Part shown: piece by piece, positions 22,341-32,514 of the stretch
Layout: every line of letters begins with the position of its first letter
Position numbering within the stretch: position 1 is the first letter of the stretch
The notes under the pieces: generated by a model
The model's input: only the letters and a program-made list of their open reading frames with translations
Told to the model about the DNA's origin: nothing
Database searches by the model: none
Origin: an uncultured delta proteobacterium
GTDB lineage: Bacteria; Desulfobacterota; Syntrophorhabdia; Syntrophorhabdales; WCHB1-27
NCBI GenBank assembly: GCA_963810935.1
Contig: CAWEPK010000008.1
Span: 640,001 to 704,000 of the forward strand
Direction: 5' to 3'
DNA length: 64,000 nucleotides
Translations under genes and position numbers: made by a program

Positions 22341-22421
22341 ATTACCGGGGCTATCGTCGCCCCCTCCAGCGGCGAAGCCGCCGGAGCCACCCCCTCATAA
22401 AAAGGAAGAAAGTGCATCATT
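22341..22421 (+). repeat. Dispersed repeat, copy C, directly after the dsrB stop
   Basis: ggggctatcgtcgccccctcca-gcggcgaagccgc-cggagccaccccctcataaaaaggaagaaagtgcat. Confidence 0.8.
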
Positions 22422-22425
22422 CCCC

Positions 22426-23490
22426 CTACCACTTAAACTGCGTGGTAGTCCTGTAAGTCTCCACTGCATGGGTGAAGTCGTCTATGTGCTGCTCGGTGAA
22501 GGGTATCTCGGTCCTTTTGAAGAAGGCCTCCCAGCCTATCCTCTCGATCCACTCGCCCAGTCTCTCGGTCGGCCTGGCGGATGATGCATAGACATCGACT
22601 ATCCTCTTGAGGACGTCCACTACCTCGGGCCACCTGGGAGGGTTATTGGGCAGGTAGGGGACTACCATGCGGGAGAACATCGGGGGCTTTCTGGCATTGG
22701 GCACCTTGCCCCCTGCGTAAATGGCGACACCGTCCGTATCCCCGTCGGCAAGCGGCATGGCCGGGCAGACGGTAAAGCAGTTGGCGCAGTACATGCAGAG
22801 GTCCTCGCGGACAACCACGCTCTTTACGTCAGCATCCGGGTGCCTTCTTATCGCCCCTGTGGGACAGGACTGTATGGTTGTAGGTATCTCGCACTGGGCG
22901 AGCACCCTCTCATGGTCGGGCCGGGGGGGCTTCGTATGTACGCCCACTATGGCAAGGTCGGAGCAGTGGACCGCACCGCACATGTTGATGCAGCAGGCAA
23001 GGGATATCCTTAAGTGGTTCGGGAGCTTCATCTCGGTGAACTGGTCGTAGAAGGCGTCCATGACGGCTTTTACTATGCCTGATGCGTCGGTTGCCGCGCT
23101 GTGGCAGTGGATCCACCCCTGGGTGTGGACTATGTTAGAGATGCACTTGCCCGTCCCGCCTATGGGGAGGCCTAGCTTATGGAGGTCTGCTATGATAGGC
23201 TCCACCTTTGCCTTGTCCGGGGTCATGAACTCTATGTTGTGGCGGCTGGTGAACCGAAGATGGCCGTTGCAGTGCTTATCGGCCACATCGCAGAGGTCCC
23301 TTATGAAGTCTATAGAGACGAGCCTGGGGGAGCCTGCACGGATGGAGTAGACCTCTTGGCCTGATTCCGAGACATGGCGGAGGACGCCCGGCTTTACGAT
23401 CTCGTGGTACTTCCATTTGCCGTAGTTGTCCTTGATCACGTCGGGGAGCATCGTTTTGAAGTCGGGGGGTCCTATATCGGTCTTTCTCAT
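22426..23490 (-). CDS. dsrB: Dissimilatory sulfite reductase beta subunit
   Basis: 'YGKWKYHE', 'FTSRHNIEF', '[17 protein letters not shown]', '[13 protein letters not shown]', '[12 protein letters not shown]', 'PNNPPRWPE'; RBS aaggag. Confidence 0.97.
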   Translation of the reverse strand: MRKTDIGPPDFKTMLPDVIKDNYGKWKYHEIVKPGVLRHVSESGQEVYSIRAGSPRLVSIDFIRDLCDVADKHCNGHLRFTSRHNIEFMTPDKAKVEPIIADLHKLGLPIGGTGKCISNIVHTQGWIHCHSAATDASGIVKAVMDAFYDQFTEMKLPNHLRISLACCINMCGAVHCSDLAIVGVHTKPPRPDHERVLAQCEIPTTIQSCPTGAIRRHPDADVKSVVVREDLCMYCANCFTVCPAMPLADGDTDGVAIYAGGKVPNARKPPMFSRMVVPYLPNNPPRWPEVVDVLKRIVDVYASSARPTERLGEWIERIGWEAFFKRTEIPFTEQHIDDFTHAVETYRTTTQFKW

Positions 23491-23500
23491 GGTTGTCTCC

Positions 23501-24661
23501 TTATTTGAAGAACACATAGGGATTGGCTCTCGGTTTATTGACCATCTGGGGCACGGGGGGAAGGTCGACCGCCTTCAGGAACTCCTTCAGGCCGATCCTC
23601 TGTATGGTCTCGGCTACCCTCTCGCGCGTCCTTCCGTGCTCGTCCCACCAGTCCCATATCTTGGCAAGGAGGTCCTTTACTTCCGTATAGGGGGGTTTTA
23701 TCTCCATGAAGGGGACAAGCACCCAGGAGAGGTTGGCGCCTTTTAAGATAGGGGCCTTGCCGCCTATCAGGATGGTTGCCCCTTTGACTATGCCGGGCCT
23801 TAGGGCCTTCGGCATGGTGTTTATGCAGTGCATGCAGCGGACGCAGTCCTCAGGGATGAGCTTTAAGGTAGTACCGTCCCAGTCAAGGGCCTCGGTGGGG
23901 CACTTGCGGACTACGAGGGAGTCTATGTCCAGACCATCCTTCACATAGGTCCTTACCCCTTCCTGGTCTATACGGAGAGAGTCGTGCCAGGCGCCTATGA
24001 TCGTGAAGTCCGCCCTTGCTATGGCGGCAACGCAGTCGTTGGGGCAGCCGGACGCCTTGATCTTGAACTTATAGGGCCAGCGGGGGCGGTGTATCTCGTC
24101 CTGGTAGGTCATGGTGAGGTCGTAGATAAGGTCTAAGGTGTCGATATTGGCATACTCGCACCTGGCCTGGCCTATGCAGCCAGCGGGGGTGCGAAGCGCG
24201 GAGCCGGAGCCGCCCAGGTCGAAGCCTGCTTCGGTCAGCTCGTCGAAGCAGGGCTGGAGGTTCTCCGTGGTGGTGCCCAGGAGGATGACGTCCCCTGTGG
24301 AGCCGTGGAAGTTGGTCATGCCGCTTCCGTACTTCTCCCATATGTCGCAGATCTTCCGGAGGGCGTCCGTTGTGTAGAACCAGCCTGCGGGCTGGTTGAT
24401 CCGCATGGTGTGGAAGGCAGCGGCGAATGGGAAGTCATCGGGCGCATCGCAGTACCTGCCTATTACGCCTCCCCCGTAGCCTGTAACCCCCACTATGCCT
24501 CCATGCTTCCAGTGGGTTACCCGGTCATGATAGGAGCGCTCCTGGATCTTAAGGAGATCTTTTGCCGCGGGGTTCTTCTTTGCAGCCCGCTTCATCTCCT
24601 TAACAAAGCTCGGCCATGGTCCCTTCTCGAGGTCGTCGAGCAGGGGGGTGTCGTCGGTCAT
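23501..24661 (-). CDS. dsrA: Dissimilatory sulfite reductase alpha subunit
   Basis: '[16 protein letters not shown]', '[11 protein letters not shown]', 'FHTMRINQP', siroheme Cys motifs 'CIGQARC' and 'GCPNDC', 'CVRCMHC'. Confidence 0.97.
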   Translation of the reverse strand: MTDDTPLLDDLEKGPWPSFVKEMKRAAKKNPAAKDLLKIQERSYHDRVTHWKHGGIVGVTGYGGGVIGRYCDAPDDFPFAAAFHTMRINQPAGWFYTTDALRKICDIWEKYGSGMTNFHGSTGDVILLGTTTENLQPCFDELTEAGFDLGGSGSALRTPAGCIGQARCEYANIDTLDLIYDLTMTYQDEIHRPRWPYKFKIKASGCPNDCVAAIARADFTIIGAWHDSLRIDQEGVRTYVKDGLDIDSLVVRKCPTEALDWDGTTLKLIPEDCVRCMHCINTMPKALRPGIVKGATILIGGKAPILKGANLSWVLVPFMEIKPPYTEVKDLLAKIWDWWDEHGRTRERVAETIQRIGLKEFLKAVDLPPVPQMVNKPRANPYVFFK

Positions 24662-24772
24662 GGGGTCCTCCTGGGTAGTCGCACGATGAAGCAGCCGTTA
24701 CGGCCTATCTTGTAATTTGTATCATATCGGCTGATTTTGCACAATGCACATGAGAGGCCGGCGGTGTTACAT

Positions 24773-25837
24773 CTATCGCAAAGAACGCGACTCGTTTCGC
24801 ATCGTCTTCAGGAAGCGCAGGAGGGCGATAAAAATGGCGAGTACCAAGGGGCCCAGAACAAACCCCACGAAACCGAAGAACCCGACACCGCCGAGGATGC
24901 CGAACAGGACGACCACGAAGGGTATTTTTGCCCGGCCCCTTGCGAGCCACGGCCGCAAAAGCTGCTCGATGCCGTTTGTGCCGACAACAGATACGGCGAG
25001 GACTATGATCGCGGCCAGTATTCGGCCGGCGATGAAAAGATAGGCGACGACCCCGAGCCAGACGATGGCGGACCCGACCAGCGGGATCAGCGCCGAAAAG
25101 CCGACGGCCAGCGCCACGAGAACGGGGGACGGCACTTTGGCCAGACTGAAAGTTACGAAGGCGAAGAGTGCGTGCCCGACCGGGCTGAATATGGTGCCGT
25201 AAATCGTCGATATAACGACGTCTCTGACAAGCTCCCTGAGCTTCTCCCTGCTTGCGGCCGGAAAAGGTATCTGCTCCAATCCCGCCCTGACAAACTCCGG
25301 GCCTTTCTGGGGAAGAAAAAAGAGAACGATCAGGGTGAGTATGAGGTCTACGATCGAGGTAAGAAAGATGACTGCGTGGCCGGGTATTTGACCCGCGAGC
25401 TTCTGGCCGCCCTTGATAATGTAATCGACGGCCGCCTCCCCTACCCGGCTGTCGCTCAGGCCGAGCATCGAAAGAACGGGATTTACGAACCGGCTCAAGA
25501 AACCCCGGGACGAGCTGCCGGCAAGCAGGTTCTCCTTCTGAAGATAAGCCGTAGCGCTCGCTACCTCATTGACCAGAAGGTACAGGAAGTAGGAAACCGG
25601 GCCGAGGACCAGAAGCAGGATGATTACCAGATTGATGAGCGAGGCGAGGCTTTCATTTCTTACGAGCCTGAGGACCAGAGAATAAAGCGGGTACGAGACA
25701 ATGGCGAGGATGATCGCCCACAGGATCGCGGCAAGGTAGGGCCTGATGATCTCGTAGGAGAGATAGCCGAAGAAAAGCAGGAAAATGCCCAGAACGACGA
25801 ACTGGGACAATGTTTCGTGCGTGTTCTTCCCCGCCAT
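24773..25837 (-). CDS. AI-2E (PerM) family transporter
   Basis: 'PYLAAILWAIILAIVSYPLY', 'LIPLVGSAIVW', 'FGFVGFVLGP'. Confidence 0.85.
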   Translation of the reverse strand: MAGKNTHETLSQFVVLGIFLLFFGYLSYEIIRPYLAAILWAIILAIVSYPLYSLVLRLVRNESLASLINLVIILLLVLGPVSYFLYLLVNEVASATAYLQKENLLAGSSSRGFLSRFVNPVLSMLGLSDSRVGEAAVDYIIKGGQKLAGQIPGHAVIFLTSIVDLILTLIVLFFLPQKGPEFVRAGLEQIPFPAASREKLRELVRDVVISTIYGTIFSPVGHALFAFVTFSLAKVPSPVLVALAVGFSALIPLVGSAIVWLGVVAYLFIAGRILAAIIVLAVSVVGTNGIEQLLRPWLARGRAKIPFVVVLFGILGGVGFFGFVGFVLGPLVLAIFIALLRFLKTMRNESRSLR

Positions 25838-25934
25838 GCCTGCCTTTCCCGCCCGGTTGGAACGCGGCGTAAAAGAAGCCCCGTCCTAGGTCGATAATAG
25901 GCACGCCCATCCTCGCAATCAAGCCCTGCAAATT

Positions 25935-27312
25935 TTAGCTAGGCTGTCCCCATGCCTTTCTTCCGGCGGGCATGAGAAAGAGGACGGGGATCGAGACCAG
26001 GGGCATGAGGCCGAAGGCGATAAAGGCAATCATGAAGCCGAGGGAGGGGCCGGAGCTAAGGTGGAGGATAGCTGTAACGATTGAGATGGCGAGGGCGCCG
26101 CCGATATTCCTGAACATATTCCGGAGTCCGACTATCGTGCCCACCTTCTCAGGCATCAGCTCGATACATGCGTTATTCGAAGCCGGAAACAGCATACCCC
26201 CTCCGAGGCCGTTTATGGCCATGATAATCGACATTGTGCCTATCACCCCCAGCCCCCTTCCCCCGCTCGACGGAAAGAACCCCGGCGCAAGAAGGATTAT
26301 CGTGAGGCCGGTTATGACGCAGCCTATCACCATTGGCCACCGGTAGCCGACCCTTTTCAGAAGAAAGCTCGTTACTGCGGCCGTGGCGGCCATCGCCAGG
26401 GACCGGGGCGTGAGGATCATGCCGCTCATCAATGTAGAGAGCTTATGGACCGATACCGCGTAGAACGGGACGAACGAAAAAAAGCCCATCGTCGTCATTC
26501 CGACGATGAGGTTCGACACGTTCGCCGCAGCGAAGGCCTTCGACTCCAGCAGGGTTGCGTCGATGATCGGCTTTTCCGTGCGTTTCTCCTGTCGAAGGAA
26601 GAGCACCGCGAGCAGGACACTGGCGAAAAAGAGAAGCACCGAAAACAGTACGATGAGGAGCGTAAAGCTCTCGGCAATGAAATTGAGCCCCAGCATAAGC
26701 GCCAGCAGCGACCCGCTCATGAGCGCCACCCCGGCAAGGTCGATCCGGGGCCGCGTAACGGTCACGGATTCTTTGAGCAGCACCATGGTCGAAATAATCA
26801 ATAGAACACCGATAGGGACATTGATATAGAAAATATAGCGCCAGGAATACTGGCTGACGATCCAGCCCCCCAGGTTCGGCCCGACGACGGCCCCTATGCC
26901 GAAGATGCTTGCAAAAAGGCCGATTGCCGCTTCGCGGCCCTCCGGGAAGTGATCGCTCACGATGCCCGAGGCGGTAGGAAGAAAGCAAGCCCCTCCTATG
27001 CCCTGAAGGAGCCTGAAGGCTATAAGAGAATAGATATCGGGCGCAATGCCGCAAAGAAGGGAGTCTGCCTGTGAAGAGCAAGAGGGAAGCGATGAAGAGC
27101 TTCTTGCGGCCGAAGCTGTCGCTCAGATTTCCCGCCAGGGGCATTGTCATCGTGGCGGCGATGAAGTATATCGAGATCGTCCACGCCGACCAGAGGACAT
27201 TGGTATGGAGCTCTTCGGTAAAGTTCGGGAAGGCCACGGCTATCACCGTGGCATCGATAGCGTTCATGAAGATACTCAAGCCCGCAGTAAAGAAGATCAG
27301 GTAATTTCGCAT
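25935..27312 (-). CDS. MFS transporter, DHA2/EmrB-like; apparent frameshift near 27060
   Basis: 'IDATVIAVAFP', 'GNLSDSFGRKK', 'GPNLGGWI...WRYIFYINVPIG'. Confidence 0.85.
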
Positions 27313-27517
27313 TCCGGGAACCCTCAGATCAAGGAAGTCTACTAAATTGTGCCGATAACGGTCAACAGGAAGACAAATGGTCCGGGCAAACATGGATATG
27401 TTATTCTTGGAAATAGGAGACTCCGGCCTGTTGCCTGCAGGCCGGACGGGAACTATGCTGTTGAGAAGGTACGGGTCCATGCACCCATATCGACAAACGG
27501 GATGAAAGGATAGCCAT

Positions 27518-29197
27518 ATGCCCGCCGACAGTGCCCGCCTGGACAGGCTCGTCCAGGCCTTTAGCAGAGACGGCTACGTTGTGGACCGAAGCGCCGGCGT
27601 CGTCGAGCACAACGGCGCCCTGGGCATGAGGGCCGTCCATCGTACCGCCACAACCCACGGGTCCGGCAAACCGAAGTACGCCCTGTACCTGGAAGGCAGT
27701 CATTATGAAATGGGATACCTGCAGGGACTTCTCGCAGAAAAAGAAATCTCCCTTATGACTACCAAATTCAGGGACCAGGTGCTTTTCGACTTTATCCGGT
27801 ACGAAAGCGATATGCCTCCGGGCATGGGGCCGAACGTCATACAGCAGGTGGTCATGGGTATCGTGCAAAGCCTCGCTCTCGCACGAAACTACTATATACC
27901 CGAAGACTACATGAAAGAAATGGAAGGCATCGTAGACGGCTGCACGCAGGCGAACAGCCGGACAGCGGTAAGTAAGGACACCTTGATCTTCCTCAACGTC
28001 GGCATGGATATCCTTCTCTCCATCATCTATTCGGGCAAGCTGCCCGGTCAGTTCAGCGGACGCCTCAACCTGGGGCGCTTGCTGATCCCGATGATGTGCA
28101 ACGCCTTCTCTATTTTCGGGGATGCGGCCGGGGGCGGCCATTTCTTCGGAAGAGATTTCATGTTCCCGACGGCAGGGATATTTCAGGATACGGTTTGCAC
28201 GACGATCTACAAGCCCGGCGGCGGCTGCAATTTTGTGGGAGTGACCGCGCCCGCGTTCATAGGCTGTGTGGCTGCAATGAATATCCAGGGAATAGCATGC
28301 GGCGTAAATATGGCCCCCGCTGCCGCTTGCAATCCGAACGCAACGGGTATGAACTCCCTTCTTATGGTCCGCCACTGCATCGAACACGGCGCGACAGGCG
28401 AGGAGGCGGTGAAGCGCATCGAGGAATCGCCCCGCGGAGTGTCCTGGATCTACGTCATAGCGGACGGTATGCGCGACTGCGCATACGTTCTGGAGACGGT
28501 CTGTTCCGAAGGCAACCTCGATGTCATGAGCTTCCCTCCCCGGAGGCTGACCGACCCCGCCTTGCTGCCCGACCGCGCTTTTATCAAGGAGCACAAAACG
28601 GTTGAGATAAGGGGCGGCGTGGCGGTCCGGAAAAACGATTACGCTTTCGACGAGGCGTATCTCGCCTTCAACAAGGGGCTATGGAAAAATTACCGGAAAA
28701 CCCACCCGGGTACAAAACTCTACCACGATGCCTTTACCACAAAGGGGTATATCAACCGGGCGGACAAGGAGAAGAACTGCCCCGCCACGGCCTATTTCGC
28801 CCCTTTGCGGGTCGGACGCGAGGACGTTGTCATCGCGACCAACCATTTCATCATCCCGGAGATGAGGCTGTGCGGCATGGCGGACTGGGTAACGACAGTC
28901 TTCGGGAACGGGGTGCAGGATTCCCAATGGCGGTATGACGAGCTGAACAGGCAGGTCCTGGACGCAATATCCCGGAAGGGATTCGTAGACGCCGAATCGG
29001 CCGGAGAGCTGATCGACTTTCTCGCTCCTTACCGTAAATTCCCCGATTACTACGCCAACAAAGGAAAGGGCAGGGACGGGGAAATCATCATCGAGGGCAG
29101 CGTCTCTCTCTTCGACTTGAAAGAGAAGAAAGTGAAAAGCCATTACGGCTACTACTGCGACGAATGGGTAGAGCTTACCCTGCCCTCCTATCTATAG
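27518..29197 (+). CDS. C45-family (Ntn-hydrolase) autoproteolytic acyltransferase/peptidase-like protein
   Basis: 'GSHYEMGYLQG', internal nucleophile-like 'MCNAFS', 'GRDFMF', 'AMNIQGIA', 'ATNHF', 'SQWRY'. Confidence 0.7.
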   Translation: MPADSARLDRLVQAFSRDGYVVDRSAGVVEHNGALGMRAVHRTATTHGSGKPKYALYLEGSHYEMGYLQGLLAEKEISLMTTKFRDQVLFDFIRYESDMPPGMGPNVIQQVVMGIVQSLALARNYYIPEDYMKEMEGIVDGCTQANSRTAVSKDTLIFLNVGMDILLSIIYSGKLPGQFSGRLNLGRLLIPMMCNAFSIFGDAAGGGHFFGRDFMFPTAGIFQDTVCTTIYKPGGGCNFVGVTAPAFIGCVAAMNIQGIACGVNMAPAAACNPNATGMNSLLMVRHCIEHGATGEEAVKRIEESPRGVSWIYVIADGMRDCAYVLETVCSEGNLDVMSFPPRRLTDPALLPDRAFIKEHKTVEIRGGVAVRKNDYAFDEAYLAFNKGLWKNYRKTHPGTKLYHDAFTTKGYINRADKEKNCPATAYFAPLRVGREDVVIATNHFIIPEMRLCGMADWVTTVFGNGVQDSQWRYDELNRQVLDAISRKGFVDAESAGELIDFLAPYRKFPDYYANKGKGRDGEIIIEGSVSLFDLKEKKVKSHYGYYCDEWVELTLPSYL

Positions 29198-29310
29198 CCT
29201 AAAATCCCACCCCGTTGCCTATCCGCCGGCCGGGAACTATGTTCTGACAAAAGATGCCGGTAGACAACACCGAAACTGCGGTGATAGCCGACTGCAAAAG
29301 GAGAATAAGC

Positions 29311-29766
29311 ATGGCTTGGACAAGAACACTTATCCTGCTCGCTGTCTTCTGTTCCTTTACAGGGCCTCTATGCGCCGCCGATCCAGCCGACATGGCACAG
29401 CTTCAGTCCGCAAAGAGAAGCTGCGTTGATTGCGATTTATCAGAGGGGAACCTCACCGAATCCGACCTGTCTCAATCCGACCTGCGTGGCGCGGACCTCT
29501 CCGGTGCGAGCCTCGTAAACGCCAACCTCGCCGATACCGACCTCACGGGCGCAGACATGTCCCGCTCGAATCTGACCGGCGCGGACCTGAATTATGCAAA
29601 GTTGGTCGAGGCGGACCTGACGGGTGCAAACCTTCGCGGGGCAGTCCTTATGGGGGCAACGCTGACCGATGCCGTGCTTGAGGACGCCGACCTTTCGGGA
29701 GCGGTCTGGACGGACGGCACCCAATGCAGGAGCGGGTCTATAGGGAAATGCATTGCCCAACCATAG
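29311..29766 (+). CDS. Exported pentapeptide-repeat protein
   Basis: Signal peptide, CxxC, tandem A(D/N)Lxx repeats, C-terminal 'WTDGTQCRSGSIGKC'. Confidence 0.9.
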   Translation: MAWTRTLILLAVFCSFTGPLCAADPADMAQLQSAKRSCVDCDLSEGNLTESDLSQSDLRGADLSGASLVNANLADTDLTGADMSRSNLTGADLNYAKLVEADLTGANLRGAVLMGATLTDAVLEDADLSGAVWTDGTQCRSGSIGKCIAQP

Positions 29767-29794
29767 TGTAGCCGCCGTTCGGGCCCGCTATGGG

Positions 29795-31237
29795 TTATGT
29801 CCCGATCCCGCAGAGTCTTTTCGCTGCCCGCTGCTTCTCTTTCATGTTCTCGTAACGGGAGATCATGATACGCTGCGCCTGGGGAGAACCCGCCCCGTGC
29901 ATCGATTCCGTAAGATACCCGACCGCCGCTGCGCCAAGCGTCATGTTCTCGATAAGCCTCAGTATCCTCATGCGGTCGAGGGTCGGTACGTCGGATTTTC
30001 CCGCGAAATACTTGCTTGCCCACTTGCCGCATTCCGGTGACGTAAAGTCCTTCTCGGACGGCATCGTGACGAGCAACCCCCCGGCGATGTCCTGAGCGAG
30101 GCGGGCGATCTCATAGGGAAACCTGGTGACGTTCTGCTTATGCACGTTGGCGAGGAGTGTGTCTACCGCGTAGGTACCGCTCGGTTCCTTGTGCCCCTCG
30201 GAGGCGCACGCTATGCATCCGCAGTATAGCGTTTCGTTCAAATGGTTCATTTCTATGATCTTGTCCTTAACGTGCGACGCCCTCTCGATCCCGTTGTATT
30301 CCGCGACCGTCTGCGTGGCGCCTATCAGAACGTCTCCCACGCCCACCTTGCACGCGTAACTCTGGCGGTGGTAGGAAGCAAACCTTTCAACCAACTGGCC
30401 CGTGAACTCATGCTCTTTGAACATGAATACGCGCTCCCACGGCACGAAGACATCGTCGAAGACGATAAGCGCCTCGTGCCCCCCGAAGAGCACATTGCCC
30501 GTATCCATGTTGCCGCCTTCCAGTTTTCTCGTGTCGCACGACTGGCGCCCCATGATGAAGGAGACGCCGGACGCGTCGCTCGGAACGGCAAAGGCCACTG
30601 CGTAGTTCTCATCTTCTTTGTCTAAAGCGATAGTGGGCATGACGATGATCTCGTGGGAATTGACGGCCCCCGTTTGGTGGGCCTTGGCGCCCCTTACGAC
30701 AATCCCGTCTTCCCTTTCGGAGACTATTCTGAGGAAAAGGTCCGGGTCTGCCTGTGCGTGCGGCGGCAAAGACCTGTCGCCCTTCGGGTCGGTCATCGCA
30801 CCGTCGCAGGTGAGGTCATTCTCCTGAACGTAGGCGAGGTATTTCCGGAATCGCTGATAATAATCCCTGCCATATTTCGTGTCTATGTTATAGGTCACGA
30901 TGGAAAGCGCGTTGAGTGCGTCCGTGCCGACGCATCTTTGAAAGCAGCACCCCGTTTCACGGCCGAGCAGTCTCCCCATCTTGCTCTTGTTCACCAGGTC
31001 GTCAGTGCCCTGGTGGATATGGGTGAACCTGTTAACTTTCTTTCCGGTCAGATGGGACCGGGCGGTCATAACCGCTTCGAACTCCGGCCGGAGGGCCAAT
31101 TCATACGTCTTAGCCACCGCGTTCATCGAAGGGCGGATGATAGGGTTATCGACGACATTCTCTATCCTCTCGCCGAACATGTAAACAACGAGCTTCAACT
31201 TCCTCAGGCTCTCTTCGTATTCCTGCGGCGTCATCAT
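29795..31237 (-). CDS. abfD: 4-hydroxybutyryl-CoA dehydratase (AbfD/HpaB family, FAD and [4Fe-4S])
   Basis: 'CFQRCVG', 'GAMTDPKGDRS', 'GAKAHQTG', 'YHRQSYACK', 'ESMHGAGSPQAQ'. Confidence 0.88.
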   Translation of the reverse strand: MMTPQEYEESLRKLKLVVYMFGERIENVVDNPIIRPSMNAVAKTYELALRPEFEAVMTARSHLTGKKVNRFTHIHQGTDDLVNKSKMGRLLGRETGCCFQRCVGTDALNALSIVTYNIDTKYGRDYYQRFRKYLAYVQENDLTCDGAMTDPKGDRSLPPHAQADPDLFLRIVSEREDGIVVRGAKAHQTGAVNSHEIIVMPTIALDKEDENYAVAFAVPSDASGVSFIMGRQSCDTRKLEGGNMDTGNVLFGGHEALIVFDDVFVPWERVFMFKEHEFTGQLVERFASYHRQSYACKVGVGDVLIGATQTVAEYNGIERASHVKDKIIEMNHLNETLYCGCIACASEGHKEPSGTYAVDTLLANVHKQNVTRFPYEIARLAQDIAGGLLVTMPSEKDFTSPECGKWASKYFAGKSDVPTLDRMRILRLIENMTLGAAAVGYLTESMHGAGSPQAQRIMISRYENMKEKQRAAKRLCGIGT

Positions 31238-31312
31238 ATGAATGGTCCCCTTCTTTTTTGTGATGAGCTTCCCTTCATTCTATGCGCGACGGACTCTCTG
31301 AACCGAATACGA

Positions 31313-32164
31313 TCATCCCGACGCCTGCGCGCGCAAGAGCCGTGTCTGCGACTCACGTAACGAGCACGATATGTCATGGGCCGTTTCCGATACCAGTTGT
31401 GCGAAGGTTTCGCCGGCTTTTGCGGCTACCCGGCTTTTGGGGGCTGATATGCTGATGGCGGCCACACATTCCCCGTTGGGGCTGAGTATCGGTGCGGCAA
31501 CACAGTAAACCCCGGCAAGGGCCTCCTCGTCATCGACGGCCACCTTGCTGACCCTCACCCTCTCGATCTCGCCAATGAGCGCATCCACCGATCCGATGGA
31601 CCCGCCGTTCCGTTTTTTGAGGCAGTTCTTTTGGCCGTAAATCTGCCGTATATCTTCATTCGTCATGTATGAAAGAAATACCTTGCCGGTCGCTGCACAG
31701 TAACCGGGGAACCGTGCACCGGCCGACGTCGATATACGAAGCATCTCTTCCGATTCCAACCGGTAGATGTAGCGGATTTTATTATATTCGCACACGGCCG
31801 CGTTCACAGTCTCGTTGCACTTCCTGTGGAGGTCCATGAGTAAGGGGACCATGGCGTCGCGCAGATATTTTTCCTTTTTCGAAGCAGTGCCGATTTCCAA
31901 CGTGCGGACACCCAGACCGTACATTTTTGTGCTGTCATCCTGATAGAAGAACCTCCGCGCCTTGAGGGTGCCGAGGATGCGATGAACGGTCCCCTTACTC
32001 ATGTCGAGCTTGCGGCTGATCTCCGTGACGGACAGGCTCCTCCCCTCGCCAAGCTCGAGCTCCAGGATTGACAGCGCCTTTTCGAGCGAAGTCACTGCGT
32101 AGGCGTTTGCCGGGGTCGGCCGCACCTTCGATTTTGTTGATGTCGGTGCCATGTCGGATTTCAT
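31313..32164 (-). CDS. IclR-family regulator (paralog 1)
   Basis: 'SLEKALSILE', HTH 'KGTVHRILGTL', 'ATGKVFLS', 'DDEE...CVAAPI', 'AAISIS'. Confidence 0.92.
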   Translation of the reverse strand: MKSDMAPTSTKSKVRPTPANAYAVTSLEKALSILELELGEGRSLSVTEISRKLDMSKGTVHRILGTLKARRFFYQDDSTKMYGLGVRTLEIGTASKKEKYLRDAMVPLLMDLHRKCNETVNAAVCEYNKIRYIYRLESEEMLRISTSAGARFPGYCAATGKVFLSYMTNEDIRQIYGQKNCLKKRNGGSIGSVDALIGEIERVRVSKVAVDDEEALAGVYCVAAPILSPNGECVAAISISAPKSRVAAKAGETFAQLVSETAHDISCSLRESQTRLLRAQASG

Positions 32165-32191
32165 TGCATGATATACCGCACGCTAAATGGT

Positions 32192-32243
32192 AGTCAAGAA
32201 TAATGTTCTGTATGTTCCAAGTCCAATTTCAATATACGGAACA
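32192..32243 (-). promoter_or_regulatory. Operator/promoter module 1 (drives iclR1-abfD)
   Basis: tgttctgtat-N20-atacggaaca inverted repeat immediately upstream of a TTGACT -35 box. Confidence 0.65.
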
Positions 32244-32322
32244 GTCATTGGGGCTCAGCGCCCCCTCCACGAACAAAGTCCGTGGAGCCTCCCTACTCGG
32301 CGCTGCGCATTCGCTTGCTTTA
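32242..32322 (+). repeat. Dispersed repeat, copy D
   Basis: cagtcattggggctcagcgccccctccacgaacaaagtccgtggagcctccc. Confidence 0.8.
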
Positions 32323-32339
32323 GGTATTCAAACATGGGG

Positions 32340-32415
32340 TGTTCCGCATATTAGAACTCAATATTAAGATGCAGAACCATTTTGCTTGACTTTAATATGC
32401 GGTACGCGTAAAAGG
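32340..32415 (+). promoter_or_regulatory. Operator/promoter module 2
   Basis: tgttccgcatattagaactca...atgcagaacc followed by TTGACTTTAAT; collinear with module 3. Confidence 0.65.
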
Positions 32416-32514
32416 AAACTAGACGTAAAAAGAGAGCCTACAAGACGGCTCTGGCGATATAAGGCAGCGACGGATTCACGTCGAAGCGGTTTAAAACAAT
32501 CAGGAGGACAAATT

